NCBI GenBank assembly: GCA_041651675.1
Contig: JBAZIT010000002.1
Location: forward strand, 1 to 33,353
Reading direction: 5' to 3'
Length of the DNA stretch: 33,353 nucleotides
DNA from: Candidatus Omnitrophota bacterium
GTDB lineage: Bacteria; Omnitrophota; Gorgyraeia; Gygaellales; Profunditerraquicolaceae
Below are positions 25,495 through 33,353 of the stretch, in pieces. The translations under genes were made by a program, and so were the position numbers. The notes beneath the pieces are model-generated. The model made no database searches, was not told where the DNA came from, and was given only the letters and a program-made list of their open reading frames with translations. Position 1 is the stretch's first letter; each line of letters starts with the position of its first letter.

Positions 25495-26883
25495 CTATAT
25501 CCTATCCAGTTCTTTAGGATTCTCTTCAAAATAGCGCTTCATCTTTTTAAGTATATCCACCATGCTGGTCTTAGGGATAACTCCGGCAATCCTCTTAAGC
25601 TTAGCCAGGTCCGGGAACCGCTTTTTTACATCCTCAAACCTGTTCCCGTAATATTTCTGGTAGGGCTCAAAAACTATTTTCGAAGAGCTGTTGGTAATCT
25701 TTTTTATCTTCCGGGCAAGTTCTCTGATCGAAACCAGGTTTTTAGAGCCCAGGTTGATAACCTCTCCTACCGCCTCCCGGCTCTCTGAAAGTTTCAACAT
25801 TATATCTATAGCGTCGTCTATGTAGGTAAAACAGCGCGCCTGTTTTCCGTCGCCATATACGTAGAGCGGCTGATTCTGCCAAGCGGCCTTAAAAAACCGC
25901 GGGATGACCATTCCGTAGCGGCCTACCTGCCCAGGCCCCACTATATTAAAGAACCTGATAATCACAACCGGCAGGCCCCTTTCACGGTAATAACCGATAG
26001 CGAAAAATTCATCCAGCAGCTTTGAGCAGGCATAGCTCCACCTGTTCACATCCGGCGGGCCGAGCACCACATCATCGTCTTCCTGGAAAGGAAATTTCCT
26101 GGATTTCCCGTATACTTCAGAAGTTGATGTCAAGATCACTTTAACCCCTTTTGCCGAAGCGTATTTCAGGACGATACTGGTGCCGATAGTATCGTAGATA
26201 ACGGTATCCAGGGGCTTTTCGATAACATGTTTGACCCCTACCGTGGCAGCTAAATGATAGATAAGGTCACTCTCTTCCACAGCCTTGCTCAATATCGTAT
26301 CATCCGTTATTGAGCCGACGATCAGGCTAAAATTTTTGTTATTCAGCATATCCTGGATATTTTCCCTGCTCCCGGTAGAAAGATCATCGATGACAGTGAC
26401 CTTATAGCCCTGGGCCAAAAGACGCCTGGCCAGAGCCGAGCCGATGAATCCGGCTCCGCCGGTAATCAATATATTCTTGATTTTCTTAACGGCCGCCTCA
26501 TGGCTTGCCCCCTCCAGCGCGACCTTGATCCTGGCTAGGAACTCCTCCGGTTCATAAGGCTTGGTAATGTAATCCTGCGCGCCTAAATTAAAGGCATTTA
26601 CCTTATCCGATTGGTCCAATTTTGCGGTCAGCACGATCACGGGGATTCCCCGGGTTTGCTTATCCATCCGGATCTTGCGTAAAACCTCATAGCCGTCTAT
26701 TCCCGGCATGATTAAATCCAGGATTATCAGGTCCGGTCTATTGTCTTTAAGGAGCTTAAACGCGTCATCCGTAATATTGGCGACCGATACATTATAAGCA
26801 TGGCTTTTTAACCTGGCCGAGATCAGGTCTGTCGCGTCTTTATCGTCATCAATGATCAAAATATGTTTCCTATCCATAGTCAA
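25495..26883 (-). CDS. receiver domain fused to an NAD-dependent sugar-nucleotide epimerase/dehydratase (extended SDR, UXS/GalE-like)
   Basis: The REC part shows ILIIDDD, IILDLIMP, VLTAK and ITKP. The SDR part shows ILITGGAGFIGS (Rossmann fold) and the YACSK catalytic YxxxK. Confidence 0.88.
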   Translation of the reverse strand: MTMDRKHILIIDDDKDATDLISARLKSHAYNVSVANITDDAFKLLKDNRPDLIILDLIMPGIDGYEVLRKIRMDKQTRGIPVIVLTAKLDQSDKVNAFNLGAQDYITKPYEPEEFLARIKVALEGASHEAAVKKIKNILITGGAGFIGSALARRLLAQGYKVTVIDDLSTGSRENIQDMLNNKNFSLIVGSITDDTILSKAVEESDLIYHLAATVGVKHVIEKPLDTVIYDTIGTSIVLKYASAKGVKVILTSTSEVYGKSRKFPFQEDDDVVLGPPDVNRWSYACSKLLDEFFAIGYYRERGLPVVIIRFFNIVGPGQVGRYGMVIPRFFKAAWQNQPLYVYGDGKQARCFTYIDDAIDIMLKLSESREAVGEVINLGSKNLVSIRELARKIKKITNSSSKIVFEPYQKYYGNRFEDVKKRFPDLAKLKRIAGVIPKTSMVDILKKMKRYFEENPKELDRI

Positions 26884-28205
26884 GCTCTCCCTTTAATGAT
26901 CCTGGCGATCTGCTCTTTTATCTTCTGGCTGTCGTGGCGGATCAATTCCTGCTCGTGGGACAGATCCGCGATCACAATCCTGGCCTTAGTAAGCCTTCTT
27001 ATCCTGGTTAAATCTCCCGTTGGAACAGGGAACTGCCTTTTCTGGGCATACCTGGAAAGGGCATCCCTGCGCAGCTTCTGGTTATCCGCGAGGATAATAT
27101 AATCCAGGCAATCTCTCTTCAAATAGCGCAGTATTTCGCTGATATGATCAAAAGCATCATAGCCGAAAGTTTCTCCCGGCTTAGTCATGAGATTGCAGAT
27201 ATAGATCTTTTTTGCCCGGCTCTTAACTATAGCCTCGCGAATATCTTTGATCAAAAGATTGGTAATAACACTGGTATACAGGTCGCCCGGGCCGATAGTA
27301 ATGATATCGGAATTAATAATGGCGGAATAAGCATTGATGTCGCATTGCGCAACCGGCTTATGCCAGCATTCCCTGATCCGCAGTTCCGGGGAACGCCCCT
27401 TGCACAGGTCGATATTGGTTTCACCCTTGACGATACTGCCGTCTTCAAGCCTGGCATACAAAACCGACTCCGTGGAAGCAATAGGATAGACTAAACCGTT
27501 AATATTCAATATATCTCCAGCGCCCCTTACGGCACTGGACATTGAGCCTTCTATATCGCTGAGCACGGTCAGAAGAAGGTTGCCGAAGCTATGCCCCCGG
27601 AAACCTTTCCCCTTATTAAAGCGGTATTGGACGATCTTATTCATTATCTCAGGGGCATTGGACAGCGCAACCAAGCTTCTACGGATGTCCCCCGGAGGTA
27701 AAATTCCAAAAGAATCCCTTAACCTCCCGGAGGACCCTCCATCATCGGTTGTGCTGACAATAGAAATGGGCAGGATAGCCGGAATACTCTTAATGCCCAG
27801 AAGGAGGTTGAATAACCCCGTCCCTCCTCCGATACAAGAGATCCTGGTCTTCCTATTCAAGACCGCGCTTAGCCTGAGGTTAAGTTCACGAACATTATAG
27901 GGTTTAAAGATATAATCTGCCGCACCGGCCTGTTTGGCCGCTAAAATCGCGGAAGTCGATTTTTGACTCGATAATACCACAAAATATTTTTTTGACCGGG
28001 TAAGGATTCCCAGGACATTTCTTAGCAGGCGGGAATTTGCGGCATAAGAATCTTTATCCAGAATAACTATCTCGGATTTTTTCAGCCGCGGGGCTATTTC
28101 ACTATAGGCATTAGCTACCTCAATCTCCAGGGCCAGGCCGGATAACTCCTCTTTGAACCCGCGGACAAAAAGCCCCGAACCTATGAGCAGGAATTTTTTA
28201 TACAT
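26880..28205 (-). CDS. receiver-like domain fused to a YvcK/CofD-family (UPF0052) domain
   Basis: The C-terminal 320 aa show CIGGGTGL, STTDDGGSSGRLR and ILPPGDIRR, the YvcK/CofD signatures. The N-terminal ~118 aa have receiver topology (VILDKD, VVLSS, IFKPY), but the N-terminal acidic pair is replaced by GSG. Confidence 0.8.
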   Translation of the reverse strand: MYKKFLLIGSGLFVRGFKEELSGLALEIEVANAYSEIAPRLKKSEIVILDKDSYAANSRLLRNVLGILTRSKKYFVVLSSQKSTSAILAAKQAGAADYIFKPYNVRELNLRLSAVLNRKTRISCIGGGTGLFNLLLGIKSIPAILPISIVSTTDDGGSSGRLRDSFGILPPGDIRRSLVALSNAPEIMNKIVQYRFNKGKGFRGHSFGNLLLTVLSDIEGSMSSAVRGAGDILNINGLVYPIASTESVLYARLEDGSIVKGETNIDLCKGRSPELRIRECWHKPVAQCDINAYSAIINSDIITIGPGDLYTSVITNLLIKDIREAIVKSRAKKIYICNLMTKPGETFGYDAFDHISEILRYLKRDCLDYIILADNQKLRRDALSRYAQKRQFPVPTGDLTRIRRLTKARIVIADLSHEQELIRHDSQKIKEQIARIIKGRA

Positions 28206-28568
28206 TTAAGGAATAAATTCTCTTATCTTATTGAACAATTCTTCACCCGAAAAAGGCTTCAGAAGATATCCTTGCGCCCCGCAGGATCCTACTTTTTCAA
28301 CGATATTCTGGGTGCTGGCCGTAAAAAGGACTATCGGTATATGTTTTAATTTCTCGTCTTTTTTTATCCGCGAACATACTTCCGGGCCGTCTACTAAAGG
28401 CAGCCGGACATCCAGAAGCATAAGATCCGGCGATTCCCGGGCGGCTATTTCTAATGCCTGTTGACCATTCACTGCTGATAAAACCTGGTAACCTATCTTT
28501 TCCAGGCGGAAACAGACGACTCTTAACAAATCCGCTTCATCGTCAACGATCAAAATCTTTTTACCCAT
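28206..28568 (-). CDS. single-domain response regulator (CheY-like receiver)
   Basis: ILIVDDE, MLLDVRLP, LFTAS and LLKPF are present. Confidence 0.9.
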   Translation of the reverse strand: MGKKILIVDDEADLLRVVCFRLEKIGYQVLSAVNGQQALEIAARESPDLMLLDVRLPLVDGPEVCSRIKKDEKLKHIPIVLFTASTQNIVEKVGSCGAQGYLLKPFSGEELFNKIREFIP

Positions 28569-28583
28569 CTTGGCCCCTTTGCT

Positions 28584-31500
28584 TTAACTTAACGGTAAGC
28601 TAAAATTAAAAATACTCCCTTCGCCGGGCTGAGACTCTACCCAGATCTTCCCCCCATGCTTTTCAATTATATCCTTACATATGGATAAACCTAAACCGGT
28701 ACTCCCGGTTTTCCGGGTCATCCCCGAATCCAGCTGCCTGAATCTTTCAAATAAAAGAGGGATATCCGATTCTTTTATACCGATGCCTGTATCCTTCACC
28801 GACACGGTTATAAAATTACCGGCTTTGCCTGTCCGGATCTTAATGCCCCCTTTTTCCGTAAATTTGACCGCGTTATTCAACAAATTAATAAACACCTGGA
28901 TGATCCTATCCCTGTCAAATTGTATCTTAGGAAGTTTGCTATCGAATTCGAATTTCAAAGATAAACCCTTCTTCTCAATCACCCCGCGCATGATCTTTTC
29001 CACTTCTTTAGCTACCTCATTTATATCGTTAACCTGCATATTAAAGACCATCTTTCCGGATTCCAGCTTCTGAAAATCCAGTATATCGTTGATCAACCTG
29101 GCCAGCCTATCTACATTTCTCTTGGCGATATCCAAAAATTCCTTTTGATCTTTGCTTATCGCCCCGGAAGTCCCGTCCAAAACAATACTGATCCCTTCTT
29201 TTATCGCTGCCAGAGGCGTCCTTAATTCATGCGAGACCATAGAAGTAAAATCTGTTTTCATATTGATTACCTCCCGGAGCGCGTTTTCCACTTTTTTACG
29301 CTCGGAGATATCCCGGGCCACGTGGACTGAACCAATAAATTCACCCTTGGCGTTAAATATAGGCGATACGGTTACCAATAAAGGCACACCGATACGGGGA
29401 TCATCGACTTCTTCCGTATGAGGAGCAAGATCCTCCTGGGCCTTAACCGTAGGGCAGCTGGGCCAGGGATGATCCAAGCCGTGGAACATCTCATAGCACC
29501 TTTTACCGATGATCTCTTCGGGTTTAAGTTTTAACGCTTCAGAGCAGGACCGGTTAACCTTAACTACGTTAAAGTTTTTATCCTGGATAAAGATCAAGTC
29601 CGAGATAGAATTAAAGGTCCTCTCCCATTCTTTGACGGCCATCTCTATCTGCTCTTCGGCTTGCGAAGCCTTAACCACCCGGATAGTTATATTGCTGATA
29701 ATCTCCAGTAAGGCGTACTCCTCAGAGGAAATAACCTGCTTTGAAAAAAGCGCTAAGACTCCGATTGTTTCGCCTCCGGATAACCCAAGCCTAAAACCGG
29801 CAAAAGAAACCAGGCCCAATTCAGCTGCCCACTCATGGTTATGCACTCGCGGGTCGTGCACTACGTCATTAGTCAGAAATGACGGGTACTCTCCCGAAGC
29901 AATACCGCCGATCTTATAACTGCCAAAAGGAACCCGAGCGTGTACTCCTCCGTCAATGTGCATATAACGGCCTGAGCTGGAAACTAAATGCAGGCACTTA
30001 TCCCGTTTAACGCACATATGCGGACCTTCCTTAATTGCGGCATGCAGGCATGTTGAATTGCACCGGTCTCCCGGCCCCATCAGCCAAATACGGCAGAAAT
30101 CAGCCCCGAAGATATCTACTACGCCATCCGTGATTATTTTAAGCTTCTCCCCCATCTCTCCCGGATTAAGCAAAGCATTCTGCATTCTATTGAGTTTCTT
30201 TATGCGGGTTTCTGCTTTTACGCGCTCGGTGATATCCCGAAAAGTCCAGATACGCCCGAAATATTTTCCGTCTTTATCTATGATCGGCGAGGAATACCTG
30301 TCAAAAACCGTCCCGTCCCTGAATTCAACCTCGTCCTTACTGGTCTCCTCCCTGTGAGCATAGAGATAATTAACTTTGTCCAAAAACTGCTGCGGCTCTT
30401 TTACTCTGCTTAATACGTATTGCAAAAGTGCTTCGTCACTCTCATCATCAACAATATGCTGCGGGATTTGCCATAGTTCAATCAACCGCTTATTGGTCAG
30501 GATCTTCTTGCCATTTTCATCAACCACCAGTAATCCGTCAAGTGAAGCTTCATTTTGGGCTTCCAGAAATTCCGTTTTCCGTTTTAATTCATTCTCCATT
30601 GCCTTGCGCCCGGTGATATCGCGGGCAATAGTCGAAGCCCCAATGATCCTGCCCGAATCATCTTTAAGCGGGGATATAGTCAAAGACATACTCAGGCGCT
30701 TCCCCTCTTTAGTTATGCGCACTGTTTCATAATGCTCTATGTGTTCGCCATCTTTGATTTTATTGAATATGAAAACAGTTTCATTCTCTAACTCCGGAGG
30801 GACAATCAGGCTAATTGAACGGCCGATAGCCTCTCCGGCGGAATAACCGTAGATCTTTTGCGCGCCGTAATTCCAGCTGGTTATTGTTCCGTTAATGTCC
30901 TTGCCGATGATCGCGTCATCCGATGATTCTACGATCGCCGCCAGACGGCGCAGCGAGGCCTCTGTGCGTTTTCTCTCTGTGATATCGATAATTACTCCCA
31001 CCAGGCCCGCAACCTTACCATCCGGCCCCGGATAAGTGGACCGGTTAAAAATTACATCGTGATCAGTGCCGTCGGCATGACACAATTTACTTTCATAGAC
31101 CTGGACGCCGGGTTGTTTAAAAAGCGCTTCATCCATTTCACGGTATTTCTGAGCGATTGTTTTGTCCGAAAAAATATCAAATACAGTCCTGCCGACAATC
31201 TGATCTTTGCTGAGCCCTAAGAATTGTTCAACGGCTATATTAGAGCCCAGATAAACACCTTCTTTATTTTTATAGTAAACAGGGGTGGGGATATTATCGA
31301 TCAGGACCTGCAGGCGCTTCTGTGCGTAAGACACTTTGTCCACTGCCGCCCTGTTCAATTCTACGATTATGAATGTGCTGACGAGCAAGATAAACAAACC
31401 AAAAGCTATAAGAATGCCGATTACGCGGTGATGATATAATTTATCCTGGAGAACCGAGATACTTATATCCATTCCTATGCGCGAAATAACATTTTTCGTC

Positions 31501-32687
31501 TCAAAGTCGATGATCGGCCCATATACCGAGACCCAACTGCCCCACCTGTCTGTGTAGGGGCCCAAAATAAAAGCTTCGGGCTTAAAGAAATCCTCCTTTA
31601 GCCCGCCGGGGGCTTCACTATAAACCTGGCCGGGCGGCGAATAATCCGGAGAATCCTGCGGATCAGAATCCGCCAAGATCAGGATTTTATCTCCCTGCAG
31701 ACGCATAAGGTATACAAACCGGAGATCGATATTTGCCTTTTTTATCTCTTTTAGCTGTTCTTTAAGGCGCAGATAGTCGGGATTATTCAGATCATCCGCC
31801 GAGGCGCTCAGGGTTACCAGGCGCCGGGGATTAACTGCGGCAGCTGCAGTGTCGACTTTCGCGATAAATTCCTGATTGGTTATTTCTTTATAGTATTCAC
31901 CCACGCCCTGAGTAATGATCCAGCCCAAGATAATAAAACCGATACCTGAAAATAGCACTCTGGAGATATGGGCCTTTCTTCTAACTAGTGATAGATTAAG
32001 ATCAATCGCATACCGGGAAGAATACCAATACATCCATAGAGCGAAAGCAGACAGCATCGCTAAGATGCAGCGTAAGAGTTGTATCGGAAAACTAAATATC
32101 CTGAAAAAGACATCCTGATTGAAGAGTGTAGCGGAAAGAAAATAAGGAGGCTGGGAAGTTACTAACTTAGTTAAAGCATAGCAGCCAAAAGCCAGGCCTG
32201 CCAAGAAGAGCCAGGGCTTATACTCCGGCTTGGATCTGGAAGACCGCAAAAAAAAGATAATGGAAGCGCTTAAGCCCGCGCCAAAACCTAAAAAAGAATG
32301 CGCGGCAATACTGGCACCGTGAAGGCCGCTTCGCAGCCATCCTAAATATACTAATGAGAGTATGAGTATATGCGCCCAAACGCCTATGGGCTTTACGTCC
32401 AAGCCACTGAGGCTTTTACGGCTGAACTCGATAAGCAAGGCGAAAGAAACAATGAGAACGATTAAACGGATAACCTGGAAAATAAACGAATCAGCTATTA
32501 TAAAGGCGATAAGATCCAGCCACTCGTTCAGCGCATGGACCAGGCCGAATAAACCCAGCCAAAGCCAGGGATTGCCTTTTTTTTCGCCCTTAGCTAATAA
32601 AAAACAGGCTCCGGCAAGAATAAAAAAACTCAGGCCGTATAGAAAAAAAATATAATCTATCTGGGACCTGAGGAAATTAAATATCAT
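28584..32687 (-). CDS. large membrane sensor histidine kinase (multi-TM N-terminus, extracytoplasmic Cache-like domain, several PAS, GAF, HisKA, HATPase_c)
   Basis: About 8 N-terminal TM helices. Repeated PAS-type blocks end in ..DITERK/..DITGRK/..DISERK. The H-box is SHELRTPL, the N-box LLNNAVKFT, G1 DTGIGI and G2 GSTGLGLSI. There is no C-terminal receiver. Confidence 0.9.
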   Translation of the reverse strand: MIFNFLRSQIDYIFFLYGLSFFILAGACFLLAKGEKKGNPWLWLGLFGLVHALNEWLDLIAFIIADSFIFQVIRLIVLIVSFALLIEFSRKSLSGLDVKPIGVWAHILILSLVYLGWLRSGLHGASIAAHSFLGFGAGLSASIIFFLRSSRSKPEYKPWLFLAGLAFGCYALTKLVTSQPPYFLSATLFNQDVFFRIFSFPIQLLRCILAMLSAFALWMYWYSSRYAIDLNLSLVRRKAHISRVLFSGIGFIILGWIITQGVGEYYKEITNQEFIAKVDTAAAAVNPRRLVTLSASADDLNNPDYLRLKEQLKEIKKANIDLRFVYLMRLQGDKILILADSDPQDSPDYSPPGQVYSEAPGGLKEDFFKPEAFILGPYTDRWGSWVSVYGPIIDFETKNVISRIGMDISISVLQDKLYHHRVIGILIAFGLFILLVSTFIIVELNRAAVDKVSYAQKRLQVLIDNIPTPVYYKNKEGVYLGSNIAVEQFLGLSKDQIVGRTVFDIFSDKTIAQKYREMDEALFKQPGVQVYESKLCHADGTDHDVIFNRSTYPGPDGKVAGLVGVIIDITERKRTEASLRRLAAIVESSDDAIIGKDINGTITSWNYGAQKIYGYSAGEAIGRSISLIVPPELENETVFIFNKIKDGEHIEHYETVRITKEGKRLSMSLTISPLKDDSGRIIGASTIARDITGRKAMENELKRKTEFLEAQNEASLDGLLVVDENGKKILTNKRLIELWQIPQHIVDDESDEALLQYVLSRVKEPQQFLDKVNYLYAHREETSKDEVEFRDGTVFDRYSSPIIDKDGKYFGRIWTFRDITERVKAETRIKKLNRMQNALLNPGEMGEKLKIITDGVVDIFGADFCRIWLMGPGDRCNSTCLHAAIKEGPHMCVKRDKCLHLVSSSGRYMHIDGGVHARVPFGSYKIGGIASGEYPSFLTNDVVHDPRVHNHEWAAELGLVSFAGFRLGLSGGETIGVLALFSKQVISSEEYALLEIISNITIRVVKASQAEEQIEMAVKEWERTFNSISDLIFIQDKNFNVVKVNRSCSEALKLKPEEIIGKRCYEMFHGLDHPWPSCPTVKAQEDLAPHTEEVDDPRIGVPLLVTVSPIFNAKGEFIGSVHVARDISERKKVENALREVINMKTDFTSMVSHELRTPLAAIKEGISIVLDGTSGAISKDQKEFLDIAKRNVDRLARLINDILDFQKLESGKMVFNMQVNDINEVAKEVEKIMRGVIEKKGLSLKFEFDSKLPKIQFDRDRIIQVFINLLNNAVKFTEKGGIKIRTGKAGNFITVSVKDTGIGIKESDIPLLFERFRQLDSGMTRKTGSTGLGLSICKDIIEKHGGKIWVESQPGEGSIFNFSLPLS

Positions 32688-32862
32688 ATTCTTGCGTCTC
32701 CAGCGGGCTTCCGGTTTTTATAAGGCATGTATCCCCCTCCAAGAGATACTGTTTCTTTAAAGGCTCGGGGCGCAAACAGCTATGACTATTAATTATTATA
32801 AAGAAAATTCCGGAAGTAGCAAGAATTAAAACTGCAGTTAGGGTAAGCTGGAGGAGGCTTGT

Positions 32863-33353
32863 TTATGCCGCTTCCGGAGGCACCGGTAGGATATCCGCGT
32901 AAATATCAAAGATATCTATCTGCTCCATATGCAGAAAATGCCCTGCGCCTTTGACGATCCTGACCTCGCAGCCGGGGATCTGGGAAGCCAGCGACTTGAC
33001 ATCGTCAAGGTCGATAATCGTATCTTTTTCTCCGTAGATCAGGAATGTCTTCTCCCGGATATTGGGAAGCTTGATCAAATCACCTATTTTTTTCGCCGAT
33101 ACCACTGCCAACCCGTGCTCATAAAAGGATTTCAGGTTCTCCGGGCTCATCGCATGGAACTGCTTGACGATCTTATTCTTAATGTTTTTTGAAAGGTTCT
33201 GGCCGAAGCTGCCGATCAATATATCCGCCATTTTCTGCCTGTTGTCCGGGTCTACTGCTAAACCTTCCCGGATTGTCTCAACCATCTTAGGATTAGCTTT
33301 TGTTCCCAGGCTCGCCAGGCATAATTGTTTTACCTGTCCGGGATACTTCGCGG
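32863..33353 (-). CDS. alpha/beta-fold hydrolase, C-terminal part (5' end lies beyond the window)
   Basis: The reading frame stays open from 33285 to the window edge (..AKYPGQVKQLCLASLGTKANPKMVETI..). The C-terminal GAGHFLHMEQ is the catalytic-His context of alpha/beta hydrolases. Confidence 0.7.
   Translation of the reverse strand, partial: AKYPGQVKQLCLASLGTKANPKMVETIREGLAVDPDNRQKMADILIGSFGQNLSKNIKNKIVKQFHAMSPENLKSFYEHGLAVVSAKKIGDLIKLPNIREKTFLIYGEKDTIIDLDDVKSLASQIPGCEVRIVKGAGHFLHMEQIDIFDIYADILPVPPEAA

Overview
Every gene I can support in this 33.3-kb window is on the minus strand, so the list runs from high to low coordinates. All protein calls come from reading motifs in the supplied translations; no database search was possible. 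(1) A partial alpha/beta-hydrolase gene. (2) An ~11-kb, 8-gene operon. A 1367-aa multi-PAS/GAF sensor histidine kinase and four receiver domains are coupled to a synthase-type exopolysaccharide module (processive GT2 synthase, HEAT-repeat membrane protein, YaiO-like outer-membrane beta-barrel). Two of the receivers are fused to sugar-nucleotide-type enzymes. (3) A cold-shock neighbourhood (cspA-like gene, YkgJ-type Cys-cluster protein, RRM RNA-binding protein), then a BASS transporter and a DUF360 membrane protein. (4) A desulforedoxin (missing from the ORF track) plus rubrerythrin. (5) A six-gene Hyf/Hyc-like membrane complex. Its large subunit has lost all four [NiFe]-ligand cysteines, which makes it Ehr-type rather than a hydrogenase. 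(6) MsrB-MsrA, OsmC, an MBL-rhodanese-membrane fusion, and lipoproteins. (7) A second csp gene, a small Cys/His ORF and a DEAD-box helicase in one operon. (8) A complete chromosomal diversity-generating retroelement (DGR) in the unusual order target(VR)-RT-TR-avd. All TR-to-VR substitutions fall at adenines, the template is built from AAC codons, and the variable module is short and Cys-rich. A (CT)22 dinucleotide tract sits inside the target gene's signal-peptide codons. (9) A secreted HExxH peptidase and the 5' end of carB. The two csp genes also share a conserved leader made of a promoter, a palindrome and a terminator-like hairpin. No rRNA, tRNA, CRISPR array or transposase was seen.
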